From assembly GCA_964016885.1 (NCBI GenBank), contig OZ024753.1:41106001-41170000 (forward strand): a stretch of DNA of 64,000 nucleotides, in the 5' to 3' direction. Made by a program: the position numbers and the translations under genes. This stretch comes from Eledone cirrhosa (Eukaryota). The notes below the pieces were generated by a model. It saw only the letters and a program-made list of their open reading frames with translations. It was not told the origin of the DNA and searched no databases. The stretch's first letter is position 1; the number at the start of each line of letters is the position of its first letter. Below, piece by piece: positions 1 through 14,507 of the stretch.

Positions 1-212
1 GCCTTGTGCCTAACGTTGGTTTTCGTCCTTACGGAGCAGAGAAAATATAGTACCAGTTAAGAACTGGGGTCGATATAATCGAATTTACCCTTCCACTAAA
101 TGACTGGCCTTGTGCTAATGTTAGTTGTGGTTTCAAGATCTTTTACTCTCCAAACATATGGAAATGTACTGCCATCGAAGACATCAAGATGTTCCACTCT
201 ACACCACCGCCA

Positions 213-213
213 T

Positions 214-265
<52 letters not shown>

Positions 266-307
266 GCTGCTACTACTACTACTATTACTACTACTACCAC
301 CACCACC

Positions 308-338
<31 letters not shown>

Positions 339-471
339 CTACTACTACTACTACTACCGCTACTACTACTACTACTACTACTACTGCTGCTGCTACTACT
401 ACTATTACTATTACTACCACCACCACCACTACTACTACTACTATTACCACCACCACCACCAACAACAACAA

Positions 472-523
<52 letters not shown>

Positions 524-568
524 GCTGCTACTACTACTATTACTACTACTACCACCACCACCACCACC

Positions 569-603
<35 letters not shown>

Positions 604-636
604 CACAACCACCACCAACAACAACAACAACAACAA

Positions 637-681
<45 letters not shown>
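213..681. repeat. Compound (CTA)n/(CCA)n/(CAA)n trinucleotide array
   Basis: Seen directly; explains the poly-Y/T/L/S/V ORFs at 100-710. Confidence 0.95.
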
Positions 682-684
<3 letters not shown>

Positions 685-979
685 AGAGATCAATAAATGA
701 AGACAGATGACAGATTATACAAGGGAATCACATTAATTATTTAATGATAACATTGAAAGATTTAATCCTATCTGGATTCATTGTGATTCCAATTCTGTTC
801 TTTCTGACATCGTCTTTGGAAAGTGACTCAGCTAAATCGTGGCGTCTTTGACATAAGAATTACTATTGCAGACTTTATACTTCTCACAAGGAATTAGTCA
901 CATACATCCAGAGAGAGAGAGAGAGAGAGGGAAAGAGGGGGAGAGGGGGGGGGGAGAAAGGCAGAAAGATTGAAATAAC

Positions 980-1026
<47 letters not shown>

Positions 1027-1106
1027 TGAGAGAAAGAGCAACAGAAATATATATATTTATATATACGATATTAAACAAATGGAAACTATATTTATAAAAC
1101 CATATT

Positions 1107-1172
1107 TATTTCATTATACATATTTCGGGGATACCATATTAAAAATATGGCATGCCTTCTTCAGATAAAATA
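1107..1172 (-). ncRNA. Type-I minimal hammerhead ribozyme motif (family B)
   Basis: Minus strand: tattttat-CTGAAGA-stem II (atgccatatt/aatatggtat)-GAAA-tatgta-TA-atgaaata; homologous to 7959-8024 and 14730-14794. Confidence 0.7.
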
Positions 1173-1432
1173 CAATATATAAACAGTTTTATAAATAATT
1201 TTGACGTACCATAAATATTGAGCAACCGTTATGTAGGAAGCCGGTTTGGTAGTGAGATGCTTATAAATATTTAGTGTTAAGCACAGTTAAAAAGAAAGAC
1301 GGAGAAAAAGAAGAAATGTATGTAAAGAAAAACAGAGAGAAATAGAGAGAGATAGGGGAGAGAGAAATAGTGAGGAGGTGAAAAAGGAGAGGCAGCTGAA
1401 GGCAACAGATGAATAATAATAATAATTCATAT

Positions 1433-1531
<99 letters not shown>

Positions 1532-1570
1532 ATATATATATATATAATATATATATATAATATATATATA

Positions 1571-1616
<46 letters not shown>

Positions 1617-1678
1617 AGATAAATGGAAAATATGGTTTTATAAAGATATTTTTCCATTTATTAATATTATTAATATAC

Positions 1679-1865
<187 letters not shown>

Positions 1866-1981
1866 CATATATAGGAAAAGAGTCAGGACCCCGACAGCTG
1901 AGCTCCGGCCGTTTCTACTACCCTAAGTATTAGAACTCTGGTGCGTTATGGTCCACCTGGTATCTTACCACACCTTTGTTT

Positions 1982-2077
<96 letters not shown>

Positions 2078-2343
2078 GGTGTGTGTTACACAACTACACC
2101 ATAATTACCCAAAACAATTTACAGTCATCTTGTATCCTAGCTGCACCTTATAATACATTAAACCCTACCAACATACTGCCCCTCTCTCTCTCTCTCTCTC
2201 ACTCTCTATCTATCTATCTCTCTCTCTAGTAAGAGAGAGAGAGTTGTAAAATCCCTTATATATATATATACATATATATATATATCCCATATATATATAT
2301 CCTATATATATATATAACCCATATATATATATATATATATAAC

Positions 2344-2416
<73 letters not shown>

Positions 2417-2439
2417 ATATATATATATATATATATCCC

Positions 2440-2470
<31 letters not shown>

Positions 2471-3711
2471 TACATATATATATACATAAACAGAGAGAGA
2501 GAGAGAGCTGTAAAATGCTATATATCGTAACTAAGAAATAACGAGTGATATTTTTGCCAATCAGCCATTACTGTACGACAGACTTTGAAAACGAAAACAA
2601 TTTAAAACAAGACACACACACACACAGATACACACATACACACTCACACACACACACACATACACGCACACACAAACACACACACACAGAAAGAGAAAAG
2701 CCAAGCCAAATATAATGACCACATGTGCCTCTTAATTCCTAAGTGTAAAGACAGAGCTGTTTAGATAATGAGATGTACACTCATTAATTCTCTTTAATAA
2801 GGGATTTACTATCCATAGGACAGGGATATAGAGAAAAATAACCAAAAAATAAACAGTTATATAAAACAGCATGTAATATATAAATAAAAGTAAAAAAAAA
2901 ATTATTCTACTACATTGATAATCGATAATTATGAATATTTATTAATCTAATCATTTTTTTTTTTTTCCTAAGTATTATCACATTCCAGTTAACTGCAGTC
3001 ACTATCAGAATATCAGGATAAATTGAACTGTCTATTGTTGTTGCTGTTGTTGTTGCTGTTGTTGTTGTTGTTGTTGCTGTTGTTGTTGTGTTTCTGGTTA
3101 CATCAGTCGGAATTTAGGAGAATGGAGAAGGAAAAGAATGAGAGAGAGGTTGTGGAATTAAACGTAATTATTGTTGTGGGTGGGGGAAACATTTTCCTTT
3201 TTTTTGTTATGATTTTTTGGCTGCAGAGGAGAGGAGAGAGGGAGGGGGAGGGGGAAGAGAGTCTGTCTGTCTGTCTTACTTCTAGTATATTTCGGCAGAT
3301 GGGTGACCTTTCTTCCATGTATGATCTTTTGACACCCATTGAGCGCAAACAACGATTGAATTGACTAATTTTAATTGGTCTGGAAATTGTTAGATATATC
3401 TTTCATGCCAGCAAGCATGGCTGCGTAGTTAAGAGTTTCGTTTCGTAACCATGTGATTGCGGGTTCGATCTAACCACGTGGCACCCGTCTTGGGGAAATG
3501 TTTTTAACACAGCTTTGAATTGACCAAGGCTACCAATGAAAAGGAATTCTGTGCGGAAGTTTGTCGTACACACACACTCACACACACGCACATCTGTACT
3601 ACATATATATGTATACATATATATATACACACATATATATATATATATATCTATATATATATATATACACACACATATATATCTCTCTCTATATATATAT
3701 CTCTATATACA

Positions 3712-3745
<34 letters not shown>

Positions 3746-3816
3746 TCTCTATATATATCTATATATATCTATATACACTCTATATATATATATCTATATC
3801 TATATACACACACATA

Positions 3817-3872
<56 letters not shown>

Positions 3873-3902
3873 TGAGTATGCTTTAATAGCTTTTATATAT
3901 AT

Positions 3903-3948
<46 letters not shown>

Positions 3949-4581
3949 TGAATTATGTGTGTATTTTTTCTGTGTGATTGCATCAAGAACATGTTTAGCA
4001 GCGTGACAAAAAGGTCTATAGAAAGATATGGAGGTAGATAATAATTACAGAATAAATATATTTGGATATAAAAAAAAAGTCTATTTCACGTGTTTCGATA
4101 AAAAATAATTGTACAGTAATGATTTTTTTTCTCCTATTTCTAGGTTTAGATCCATCAAGCCACACTTTAGCTATTTCCAAATAGTTCCTTTTTAATGTAT
4201 CATATCAAATAGTTCCTTTTTAATGTGATGAGATCAAATAGTTACTTTTTTAATGTGATCACATCATAGGTATATAAGTACGTGTCTGTCATTTTTATAT
4301 TTTGTTGTTAGTGTTGTTGTTGTTGTTGTTGTTGTCATTGCTTTCGATGATATCTTTTTTTTAAATTGACAATATAATGGTTTCTTATATAGGCACAAGG
4401 CCAGAAATTTGGGGGGAGGGGAAAGTCGATTAAATCGGCCCTAGTACATGACTAGTACTTTATTTTATCGACCCCATAGGGATGAAAGGCAAAGTTAACC
4501 TTGGCGGGATTTGAACTCATAAATTAACAATTGACATCTTATAGCATTAAGACGAATTTATGTATATATATATATATATAT

Positions 4582-4960
4582 AGTTTCAATAGAGATGAGA
4601 TTCTACAGGACTAGAACTGTTTCATTCTTTAGAAATCATCAGGAATCTGGGTATCAAAAATAAATATGGCATTTATAGGTCTCTTCGGGTGGTAGGAGAG
4701 GAGATTTAAAGAATAGGCTTTTAATGAATTCACTTTTCTATCAACCAATGACCTCTACCCATTCCACTCCCCACCCTCTCCTACCACCTGAAGAGACCTA
4801 TAAATACCATATTTATTTTTTGATACCCAGATTCCTGATGATTTCTAAAGAATAAAACAGTTCTAGTCCTGTAGAATCTCATCTATATTAAAACTGTTAT
4901 ACTCTGCTATGTATTGAGTACCTTACTTACTGTGGTTACCTCCGATTTAACCCGGAATAA
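4582..4960. mobile_element. Fold-back cassette (Penelope-like pLTR remnant, family A) in (TA)n
   Basis: ~120-bp inverted arms (4582-4701 / 4775-4895) plus ~65-nt unpaired tail, TA repeats on both sides; second copy at 37272-37482. Confidence 0.75.
4598..4648 (-). ncRNA. Type-I hammerhead ribozyme (family A)
   Basis: agattc-CTGATGA-tttctaaagaat-GAAA-cag(ttctagtc)ctg-TA-gaatct; GUA cleavage triplet; the + arm copy (4829-4879) has GAAA changed to AAAA. Confidence 0.8.
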
Positions 4961-4981
4961 CGTATATATATATATATATAT

Positions 4982-5337
<356 letters not shown>

Positions 5338-5483
5338 CACCCATATTTGTTCTTTCTATTTTTTTATCTTCTACATATGACAAAAATCTAATGGAAGACA
5401 AATATAAGTAGCAAGTTTGTTGGTTTACAATATAAACTTTACATTAAACTGGAATCTTCAAGGGAGGTGATTCATTCAGAGTA

Positions 5484-5537
<54 letters not shown>

Positions 5538-5655
5538 GCATTATATATGTGCACACCCACATACATGCAAGGTTTTTAACAGCAAATGTACAAGAGCTGT
5601 TTTTGCTTATAACCACATCCACACACACAACCATATATATATACATACACACACA

Positions 5656-5720
<65 letters not shown>

Positions 5721-6016
5721 TGTACATACATATATAATATAATTTTTTTATAGAAAGCATAAATATGATATATGTCTATCTAGCAGCTAAAAGCAACCAC
5801 AACAACAACACCAACAACAACAAGAGGCACTACATCATTATTATAAAACATCACTCGTATAAACGCTGTCCCTTGTTTAATCTTGTCACGGCCTGTTATG
5901 TGACTTGCTTCTCAAAAAAGAGCGAGGAAATGTGTTTCCATTAGCCACCTGCTTCCGTCTTTACATGTTCTAGCTAAAAAGCACTCAATATATATATATA
6001 TATATATATATGTGCC

Positions 6017-6092
<76 letters not shown>

Positions 6093-6322
6093 TATCTTTG
6101 TTTATTTTTATTTTTATTTGTACCCCTTCCACCTTGTACCTCCTTTTTTTTCTAAATGTCTCTCCACCACTCCCCCACACACCCTCGGAACTCTCTTCCC
6201 ACCCACTTTTCTCCTGAAGACGGGATTATGCCCGAAACGTCTCCCTCCCCATACTCTCAAGAGCGTGAAACTAATAAACCTTTGTTTGTACTGCCTCTCT
6301 GTTTTTGTGCCCGTTCTAGCTT

Positions 6323-6500
<178 letters not shown>

Positions 6501-6608
6501 TATGTATGTATGTATGTGGTTTGAGAATTTTTTGTTGGTGGAAGGAGTGATATTTTTTTTGTCCTCTCTCCTTGGTTTGAACAAATGGAGATGATACATT
6601 CTGTATAC

Positions 6609-6639
<31 letters not shown>

Positions 6640-7511
6640 CATGTGTGTTTATGTATGTGTGTGTGAGAGTATATATATGTGTGCGTATGTTTACGTGTGA
6701 AAGCGTGTTTGTATTTGTGTTTGTGTGTGAGACGCTTTGTGTGAGTGAGACTCTTTGTCTGTGTGTGTGGAGCACCTTTCCGTCTCTTTCACTCTCTCTC
6801 GCTCTTTCACTCTCTCTCGCTATTTCACTCTCTCTCGCTCTTTCACTCTCTCATTCTGTGTAGCTGGAACATATTGTCAAATATATATTTGAATGCGGTT
6901 AATGCACGAGAGAAAAGAGTACTCAATACCGCAGTAGACATTAAAGATTCTGTACTTATGTGTGGAAAAATAATATGGGCATATGGATTTGTTTATATAT
7001 ATATACGTATATAATGTATGGAGTACCTGAGCATTACCAGGTACTTCTACTAGTATATTTATTTGTATTTTTTAGTAAATATTTTCGCATATTGATTTAT
7101 AGGGAAAAGGCTTTTTGTTGACAATTTACTTTATTGATATCTACTGCATAAACTGAGTGTTTACCCTCCACACGTGCCCGATGCAAGCACGCATGTACAT
7201 GTTTGCATAAGCATGTATGTGTTTGTATCTGTCCGTTTGGGTATGCATATGTGTGTATGCGTATGTGCGCGCGTGTGTGTGTGTGCGTGCGTGTATGTGC
7301 CTGTGCCCGTCTGTATGTGCATGTGTGGCTGTATCTCTGGTGTATATATGTATATGGATGCAAAGAAATATGTGCATTTGCAGACACGTGCGCAGCAAGT
7401 CACACGCTGTTCACTACCACAATCTGATAAGTTAAACATAACATTCATTGTTGATTTGTATAATTACAAACATACAATATTGATAACCACTTTAAAGCCA
7501 GCCATGGCTGC

Positions 7512-7582
<71 letters not shown>

Positions 7583-7638
7583 GGCTCCAGCTCCGATACC
7601 CTTCAGTACACCCATAAAATCAAACTGCTCACACATAT

Positions 7639-7723
<85 letters not shown>

Positions 7724-7958
7724 ACTGCCCCCTCGTTATCGAGTATGACCAAATCTCTCTCTCTATATATATATGTATACAATATATTAATTGTTTCTAC
7801 TTTTGGCACAAGGCCAGCAATTATCCCAGTGCATTACTGGTACTTTATTTTATCGACCCCGTAAGGATGAAAGGCAAAGTCAACCTCGGCGGGATTTGAA
7901 CTCAGATCGTATATATACAATATATAATAAATGGAAACTATATTTATAAAACCATATT

Positions 7959-8024
7959 TATTTTATTATATATATTTCAAGGGCCACCAAGGCAAATTAT
8001 GGTGCGCTTTCATCAGATAAAATA
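7959..8024 (-). ncRNA. Type-I minimal hammerhead ribozyme (family B)
   Basis: Perfect 8-bp stem I tattttat/ataaaata, CTGATGA, stem II gcacca/tggtg, GAAA, palindromic atatatat stem III, AUA site. Confidence 0.75.
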
Positions 8025-8248
8025 TAGATTTGTTTTATAAATAAATATTGACATACCCGGAAAAAAGACAACCTTAACGGTTGGAGCTTCCTGGATAGTT
8101 ATATCAGTTATAACATTTTTAAGCTTGTTGAATCCCAACAAATTAAATATAACCTCTGCATATATATATATATATATATGTATGAATGAAGTAATTCCGT
8201 CGGAAAGGTCCAGGAAAAAAGAGTGCTCTATGTAGGTAACAGAGCTTA

Positions 8249-8478
8249 ATAGTTATGTAATAAACAACATAAGGCAATTATTTCATTTACCAGTGGTTTC
8301 TTAAAATGGGTTTTTAAATGGGTTTTTAAAATCAATGTTTTTAAAATCAATGTTTTAAAATCAATGTCAATAAATACGTCAGAATTTTTTCATTCTGATG
8401 ATTGAAAGCAAAATTTTTGCTTTAAGAAACCACTGGTAAATGAAATAATTGCCTTATGTTGTTTATGACATAACTATA
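8249..8478. mobile_element. Fold-back cassette (family D)
   Basis: ~57-bp inverted arms 8249-8305 / 8421-8478 adjoining TA repeats; degenerate relative at ~50895-50950. Confidence 0.7.
8388..8445 (+). ncRNA. Type-I hammerhead ribozyme (family D)
   Basis: tttcatt-CTGATGA-ttgaaagcaaaa t ttttgctttaa-GAAA-cca c tgg-TA-aatgaaa. Confidence 0.8.
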
Positions 8479-8585
8479 TATATATATATAAATACTTAGG
8501 TTAATAGGAGTTAGGTATTGTATACCCGTGTCCCATTAAGGTATTGGCAGCATAATAATTAGCTCTATGCTTTGGAGCAGAGCCG

Positions 8586-8926
8586 TATATATGATAAAGA
8601 ACACAAGAGCGTCTACAACATCAAAAGATTTTTATTGGCTTACAATGTTTCTTCCTTACGTAACCGTAGGATTCGTCAGAGCTATAAAAGGGGTTTGATT
8701 GGTGTTATGGACTCTACCAACGAACATTCAAGAACAAATGTTCTTGAATGTTCAAATTGTTCAAATTGTTCAAATTGTTCTTGAATGTTCGGTTGGTAGA
8801 GTCCGTAACACCAATCAAACCCCTTTTATAGCTCTGACGAATCCTACGGTTACGTAAGGAAGAAACATTGTAAGCCAATAAAAATCTTTTGATGTTGTAG
8901 ACGCTCTTGTGTTCTTTATCATATAT
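8586..8926. mobile_element. Fold-back cassette (family C)
   Basis: ~150-bp near-perfect inverted arms with a central gttcaaatt tandem spacer; TA flank. Confidence 0.8.
8829..8879 (+). ncRNA. Type-I minimal hammerhead ribozyme (family C); mirror copy on - at ~8633-8685
   Basis: gct-CTGACGA-atcctacg gtta cgtaaggaa-GAAA-ca t tg-TA-agc. Confidence 0.7.
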
Positions 8927-9174
8927 ATATATATATATTTACGTCCCTTGTGATTTGAACGTATATATGTATATATATATATATATATGTGTTTGTCTCT
9001 CTTTATTATATTTAAACATTTTTCTTGAGCTACTTGATTATAAGGGACTAATGTGAGTTTTTAATTCAATATATACTTTTGATATTTATATATTTAACTT
9101 CGCATCTTTTATTTTGGTACAATACAAGGTGAGTCATAATTAACCGGGCAGTCCAACATTTATATTCTAAATAA

Positions 9175-9350
9175 TTGTTTCTACTTTTGGCACAAGGCCA
9201 GCAATTACTCCAGTGCATTACTGGTACTTTATTTTATCGACCCCGTAAGGATGAAAGGCAAAGTTAACCTTGGAGGGATTTCAACTCAGATCGTAAAAGG
9301 GCCGTAACTCTATGCTTGCAAAGCATGGCGTCCGACCCTCTACCGATACT
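9175..9350 (-). mobile_element. tRNA-derived SINE copy (main family)
   Basis: Reverse complement of the 23743-23930 element. Confidence 0.8.
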
Positions 9351-9600
9351 ACTTTTTCTTCTGTATGTCTCAGGAAAGAGAAGAGTTGCTGGACAGATTT
9401 TATTGGGCAAAACCAACCGGCAGAAGGACCCAGGGGTTGACCCCCGAATAAGATGGTTGGATAAGATCCTTGAGCTTGGCTGGTCACGCTTGGGGACCCA
9501 GCCGGATCAGTTGGAGACAGTGGCTGCTGATAGGTCCCAAATAACAATATTTACTAAAGTTCTGTCATACATTACAACATTATAAATACAGGAGGGTGTG

Positions 9601-9707
9601 GATGGTGATGTCGATGACGGCGATGATGACGATGTCGATGACGGCGACGATGACGATGACGATGTCGATGACGGCGATGATGAGGATGACCATGAGGATG
9701 ACGATGT

Positions 9708-9748
<41 letters not shown>

Positions 9749-9749
9749 T

Positions 9750-9792
<43 letters not shown>

Positions 9793-9923
9793 AACGATGA
9801 TGACGATGACGATGATGATGTCGACGACGATGACGATGTCGATGACGATGACGATGACGATGTCGATGACGATGACAACGATGATGACGATGACGATGTC
9901 GATGTCGATGTCGATGACGATGT

Positions 9924-9957
<34 letters not shown>

Positions 9958-10061
9958 AACGATGACGATGACAACGATGATGACCATGACGATGACGATG
10001 TCGACGACGATGACGATGTCGATGACGATGACGATGTCGATGACGATGTCGATGTCGATGT

Positions 10062-10102
<41 letters not shown>

Positions 10103-10103
10103 T

Positions 10104-10174
<71 letters not shown>

Positions 10175-10205
10175 TCGACGACGACGACGATGACGATGAC
10201 GATGT

Positions 10206-10248
<43 letters not shown>

Positions 10249-10295
10249 AACGATGATGACGATGACGATGATGATGTCGACGACGATGACGATGT

Positions 10296-10336
<41 letters not shown>

Positions 10337-10397
10337 TCGATGACGATGACGATGACGATGACGATGTCGATGACGATGTCGACGACGATGACGATGT

Positions 10398-10432
<35 letters not shown>

Positions 10433-10451
10433 TCGACGACGACGACGATGT

Positions 10452-10492
<41 letters not shown>

Positions 10493-10505
10493 TCGATGAC
10501 GATGT

Positions 10506-10540
<35 letters not shown>

Positions 10541-10883
10541 TCGATGACGATGACGATGACGACGACGATGACGATGTCGATGACGATGACGATGTCGATG
10601 ACGATGACGATGACGATGACGATAACGATGACGATGACGATGTCGATGACGATGACGATGTCGATGACGATGACGATGACGATAACGATGACGATGACGA
10701 TGTCGATGACGATGACGATGTCGATGACGATGACGATGTCGATGACGATGACGATGACGATGTCGATGACGATGACGATAACGATGACGATGACAACGAT
10801 GATGACGATGACGATGACGATGTCGACGACGATGACGATGACGATAACGATGACGATGACGATGTCGATGACGATGACGATGT

Positions 10884-10918
<35 letters not shown>

Positions 10919-11027
10919 TCGACGACGACGACGATGTCGATGACGATGTCGATGACGATGACGATGACGATGACGATGTCGATGACGATGACGATGACAA
11001 CGATGATGACGATGACGATGACGATGT

Positions 11028-11068
<41 letters not shown>

Positions 11069-11340
11069 TCGATGACAACGATGATGACGATGACGATGAT
11101 GATGTCGACGACGATGACGATGTCGATGACGACGACGATGACGATGTCGATGACGATGACGATGTCGATGACGATGACGATGACGATAACGATGACGATG
11201 ACGATGTCGATGACGATGACGATGACGATGTCGATGACAACGATGATGACGATGACGATGATGATGTCGATGTCGATGACGATGTCGATGACGATGTCGA
11301 TGACGATGACGATGACGATGTCGATGACAACGATGATGAA
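9601..11340. repeat. ~1.7-kb (GATGAC)n array with GTC/AAC variants
   Basis: Seen directly; source of the poly-D/poly-S/HR/MT ORFs. Confidence 0.95.
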
Positions 11341-11456
11341 GATAGATTACTAGCTTCCTACGTGTCAAATATCCATCCCTGTTGTTCCAAATTATTTATT
11401 TATCCGTTGTTACCATGACAACTGCTTGGTTTCTTAACTTCTCCCTCTTTATTTGG

Positions 11457-11532
<76 letters not shown>

Positions 11533-11612
11533 CCTATCTATCTCCCTCTATCTATATATCTCCCTCTATCTATCTCTCTATTTATCTATCTCCCATATAG
11601 GTATATATATGT

Positions 11613-11684
<72 letters not shown>

Positions 11685-12314
11685 GTGCCTGTGTATCTGT
11701 ATGTGACTGTCTTTGTATGTGTGTGAGTATATGTGTGTGTATGTGTGGCTGTGTCTGTGGGTGCGCGTGTGTGTCTCTGTGTGTGTATGTGTGTGTCTCT
11801 GTGTGTGTGTATGTGTGTGTGCGTCTGTGGATATGTCTGTGTGTGTGCGTAAATCTGTGTGTGTGTGTGTGTGTCTGTCTGTCTGTGTATGTGTGTGTAT
11901 GTGTGTGTGTGTGTCTGTCTGTATGTGTATGTATGTGTGTGTGTGTGTGTGCCACATGAAGCAATCAAACTAAAAACTTCGAGGTCACTGTCCTTTTCTA
12001 CTTAGCAAATAAACATCTATGTTGCTATCTATGGTGTATAGGTTCTCAGCAGGGCCCAGAGTCAATTGGGTCTCCATCAGGAGTTCCACTGAAGCAGATG
12101 GAAAAGCTGAAGCATTTTGGGATGTGTTTCCGAGTGGTTGAAAGAAGGGGGCTGAATTAAGTCCAAGAATTGCAGGATCTTTGGAGAGACCCTTGGCTTT
12201 TGTACCTAAATCTTTCCCTTCCGAGGCAAAATCATGCCAAGTTGTTTTTGTGGAAGACCAGCAGTCTTTTATGGATAACAGTCTCTTTCATCTCTCTCCT
12301 CTCTCTCGCCACCG

Positions 12315-13018
12315 ATGTTGGTGGTGGCGGTGGGGGGGCTGATGGTGGTGACGATGGTGATGGTAGTGGTGGCGGTGGTGGTGGCGGTGGTGGTGGTGGT
12401 GGTGGTGGTGGTGGTGCTGATGGTGGTGGTAATGGTGGCGGTGGTGGTGGTAGTGGTGGTGGTGGTGCTGATGGTGGTGACGATGGTGGTGGTAGTGGTG
12501 GTGGTGGTGGTGCTGATGGTGGTGGTAATGGTGGCGGTGGTGGTGGTAGTGGTGGTGGTGGTGCTGATGGTGGTGACGATGGTGGTGGCGATGGTGGTGG
12601 TAGCGATGGTGGCGGTGGTGGTGGTGCTGATGGTGGTGGTAATGGTGGCGGTGGTGGTGGTAGTGGTGGTGGTGGTGCTGATGGTGGTGACGGTGGTGGT
12701 GGTAGTGGTGGTGGTGGTGCTGATGGTGGTGACGGTGGTGGTGGTAGTGGTGGCGGTGGTGGTGACGATGGTGGTGGTAGTGGCGGCGGGGGGTGGGGGT
12801 GGGGGTGATGGTGGTGATAGTGGAGATGGCGCTGACGGTGGTGAAGGTGGTGATGGTGCTACGGTGCTGACGGTGCTGATGGTGGTAAAGGTGGTGAAGG
12901 TCGTGGTAGTGGTGGTGATGGTGCTGATGGTGGTGAGGGTTGTGGTGGTGAAGGTGGTGATGGTAGTGATGGTGGTGACGGTGGTGGTGGTGGTAGTGAT
13001 GGTGGTGGTGACGATGGT
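12315..13018. repeat. Degenerate (GGT)n array
   Basis: Seen directly. Confidence 0.9.
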
Positions 13019-13134
13019 ATATTTATTATACGGTAAGAAGTTGCCGCAGACAATTTGAAACGCTCTAACCCTTCTCACCTCATTCTCACCTTTCTTTCTC
13101 TTACTCTAACCCAACCCTTTACCCCTTTTCTCTA

Positions 13135-13635
13135 TCACCACCACCACCATCACCATCTACACCACCACCACTATCACCACCACCATCACCACCACCAGCA
13201 CCACCAGCACCATCACCACCACCACCACCACCACCACCAGCACCATCACCACCACCACCACCATCACCACCAGCACCATCACCACTACACCCTACACCAC
13301 CACCACCACTATCACCACTATCACCACCACCACCACCACCACCACCTAAACCACCACCTAAACCACCACCACCTAAACCACCACCACCATACCATCACCA
13401 TCAGCATCCCCATCACCACCACCTACATCACCACCACCATCACCACCACCACCAGCACCACCAGCACCACCACCACTACACCCTAAACCACCACCACTAT
13501 CACCACTAGCACCATCACCACCACCACCACCACCACCAGCACAATCACCACCACCACCATCACCACCACCACCATCACCACTACACCCTACACCACCACC
13601 ACCACTATCACCACCACCACCACCACCACCACCAC
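13135..13635. repeat. Degenerate (CCA)n array
   Basis: Seen directly; complementary to the adjacent (GGT)n array. Confidence 0.9.
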
Positions 13636-13963
13636 TTTACCCTTTACCCTTTCTCTCTGTTCCTTCCTAGTTTCCCTTCCTTTCACCCCCTCTCCTCTCA
13701 ACCTTATATCCACCTCCTTGTATCTTTTCTACTCATCTCCATTCAATTCACTCGACAACAACTCCTCCACTCCACTCAAGTACTCACCGCCACTCCACTC
13801 AACCACCCACTCAACTCTCTTTCCCTCACTCACTCAATCTCACCCTCCGGCTAACTGAGATGAAGACGTATTAATATGTAATCAAAGATTCATCACATCA
13901 CTTCACAAATCCCTTCCTCACACAGTCATAATTCTTTTGTTTCCATTTCATTTTATTCCTCTC

Positions 13964-14012
<49 letters not shown>

Positions 14013-14061
14013 CTCTCCCTTTCTCTCACTGTGCCTCTCTTCCTCTCTTTCTCACTATATA

Positions 14062-14365
14062 TTTCAACCAGGTTTGATGGTCTTTATTCTCTCGTTCACG
14101 ATTTCACCGAGTTTATATTCATAGAAATCTGGGACTTGTCTCTTTCTTCTCACTTTCTGTTGCTTAAACCATTTTGTTTGTTCACCCCAGCGTCCCCTTT
14201 ATTTACGTGTCCCAACGACTTTTTTTAGCCGTTGTTCGCACCAACCTGAGGTATATGGCCTTTAAAGTGATGAAATGCCTAGGACGGTTGGAAGACCACT
14301 GATGAAGGACTTACTTTTTCATATGTAACCCATTTGCAACGCCGCAGCTCCATTATTATCATATT
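14062..14365. repeat. ~300-bp dispersed repeat of unknown class (second copy ~34397-34701)
   Basis: Near-identical sequence atttcaaccaggtttgatgg...gcagctccattattatcata at both loci, each ending at (TA)n. Confidence 0.85.
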
Positions 14366-14423
<58 letters not shown>

Positions 14424-14507
14424 AAAGTTCTATTTAAAATTGTTGGGATACAACAAGTAAATATTTTTATAACTGATATAAAGCACTCGACAAGTATTTG
14501 GAGTAGA

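Noticed and set aside
744-851. 35-aa hydrophobic ORF MITLKDLILSGFIVIPILFFLTSS..
   Set aside because: Too short, no supporting splice or promoter evidence; expected by chance in AT-rich DNA
14295-14330. CTGATGA in the 300-bp repeat (also ~34638)
   Set aside because: No downstream GAAA or stem II
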